Of a stretch of DNA of 55,444 bases, positions 54,948-55,444 are shown in pieces. Where the stretch lies: the NCBI GenBank assembly GCA_009937205.1, contig JAACCR010000042.1, positions 1-55,444 of the forward strand, in the 5' to 3' direction. The position numbers and the translations under genes are program-made. The notes below the pieces were generated by a model that ran no database searches, had not been told where the DNA came from, and saw only the letters and a program-made list of their open reading frames with translations. The number at the start of each line of letters is the position of its first letter. The first letter of the stretch is position 1. This DNA is from Methanobacteriota archaeon (GTDB lineage Archaea; Thermoplasmatota; Poseidoniia; Poseidoniales; Poseidoniaceae).

Positions 54948-55444
54948 ATGCGACCTTCACTTGGTGTACCATTTTTAGTGGTTCTCCTTCTAGCAAGTTC
55001 GTGGTCATACTCAAATGGTGACACCATTGAGCAATGGATGCGTGAAAACGCAATTATTGTGCCATCAGATGATGAATCCCCTGTATTAAACTTACAACAA
55101 GACGAAAGATGGCTAGTATTGATCGTTGATTTTGAGCAATCTCCAGCTGATTCAGCATGGGGTCCAGAACAAGCAAGAAATATTTTACAGGATAGCGCGG
55201 TAGATTTTATTGACCAAATTAGTGGAGGGCAATCATCTGTTAATATTCATGTGGCCGATGATGTAACTAGAGCATCTGGTGTTCTATCCGACTATGGTTC
55301 TGATATCAATGGACAAAGAGATGTTGATGAAGATGGTGAATTTCTGCCAATGGCATTAGCTCAGGAAACAATTGAAAGTCATATTTCCACTGTTAATTGG
55401 AGTCAATACGACTTAGATGGTGATGGTTGGGTCGATCGTTTACT
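54948..55444 (+). CDS. secreted protein, 5' partial; possibly M6 (immune inhibitor A-like) peptidase N-terminal region
   Basis: Not in the track because it runs off the window. ATG at 54948, signal peptide MRPSLGVPFLVVLLLASSWSYS, then WLVLIVDFEQSP... and DLDGDGWVD blocks. Confidence 0.4.
   Translation, partial: MRPSLGVPFLVVLLLASSWSYSNGDTIEQWMRENAIIVPSDDESPVLNLQQDERWLVLIVDFEQSPADSAWGPEQARNILQDSAVDFIDQISGGQSSVNIHVADDVTRASGVLSDYGSDINGQRDVDEDGEFLPMALAQETIESHISTVNWSQYDLDGDGWVDRL

Overview
This is a densely packed archaeal chromosomal window with about 60 genes, almost no intergenic DNA, and roughly 40% GC (judged by eye, not computed). Several markers support an archaeal origin: proteasome-activating nucleotidase PAN, Kae1, zinc-ribbon MBF1, Tsr3, and an S19e / PDCD5-like / L39e / L31e / S17e ribosomal cluster. 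The many poly-acidic and surface proteins suggest a marine planktonic Thermoplasmatota (MGII/Poseidoniales-like) genome, but that is inference only. Most of the content is housekeeping or central metabolism. It includes MetRS, a folate-dependent histidine-degradation set (hutU, hutH, hutI, split FTCD), FdhD plus a YdeP-type molybdoenzyme, and methylmalonyl-CoA mutase plus epimerase. It also includes an ABC-2 exporter, a folE-queE-queC-queD preQ0 operon, malate dehydrogenase, PntAA/AB/B transhydrogenase, IscA/YgfZ and one tRNA-Val(GAC). I found no rRNA, CRISPR array, IS element or recognisable defence genes. Eight loci deserve a second look. (1) A membrane protein carries two zinc ribbons, four canonical EF-hands and poly-acidic repeats, and is flanked by a soluble DUF835 protein and another zinc-ribbon protein. 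(2) A roughly 1200-codon surface protein is interrupted by two in-frame TAA codons. (3) hutU is split by a single -1 frameshift. (4) A QueC domain has lost all four zinc-ligand cysteines and is fused to MsrB. (5) An untracked RHH gene sits behind helically phased repeats upstream of the preQ0 operon. (6) A PqqD-like (RRE-type) protein lies next to a small two-helix membrane peptide. (7) A divergent TatC carries a Cys-rich C-terminal domain. (8) Convergent genes repeatedly abut or overlap at their stop codons. All function calls rest on motif recognition by eye; no database search was run.
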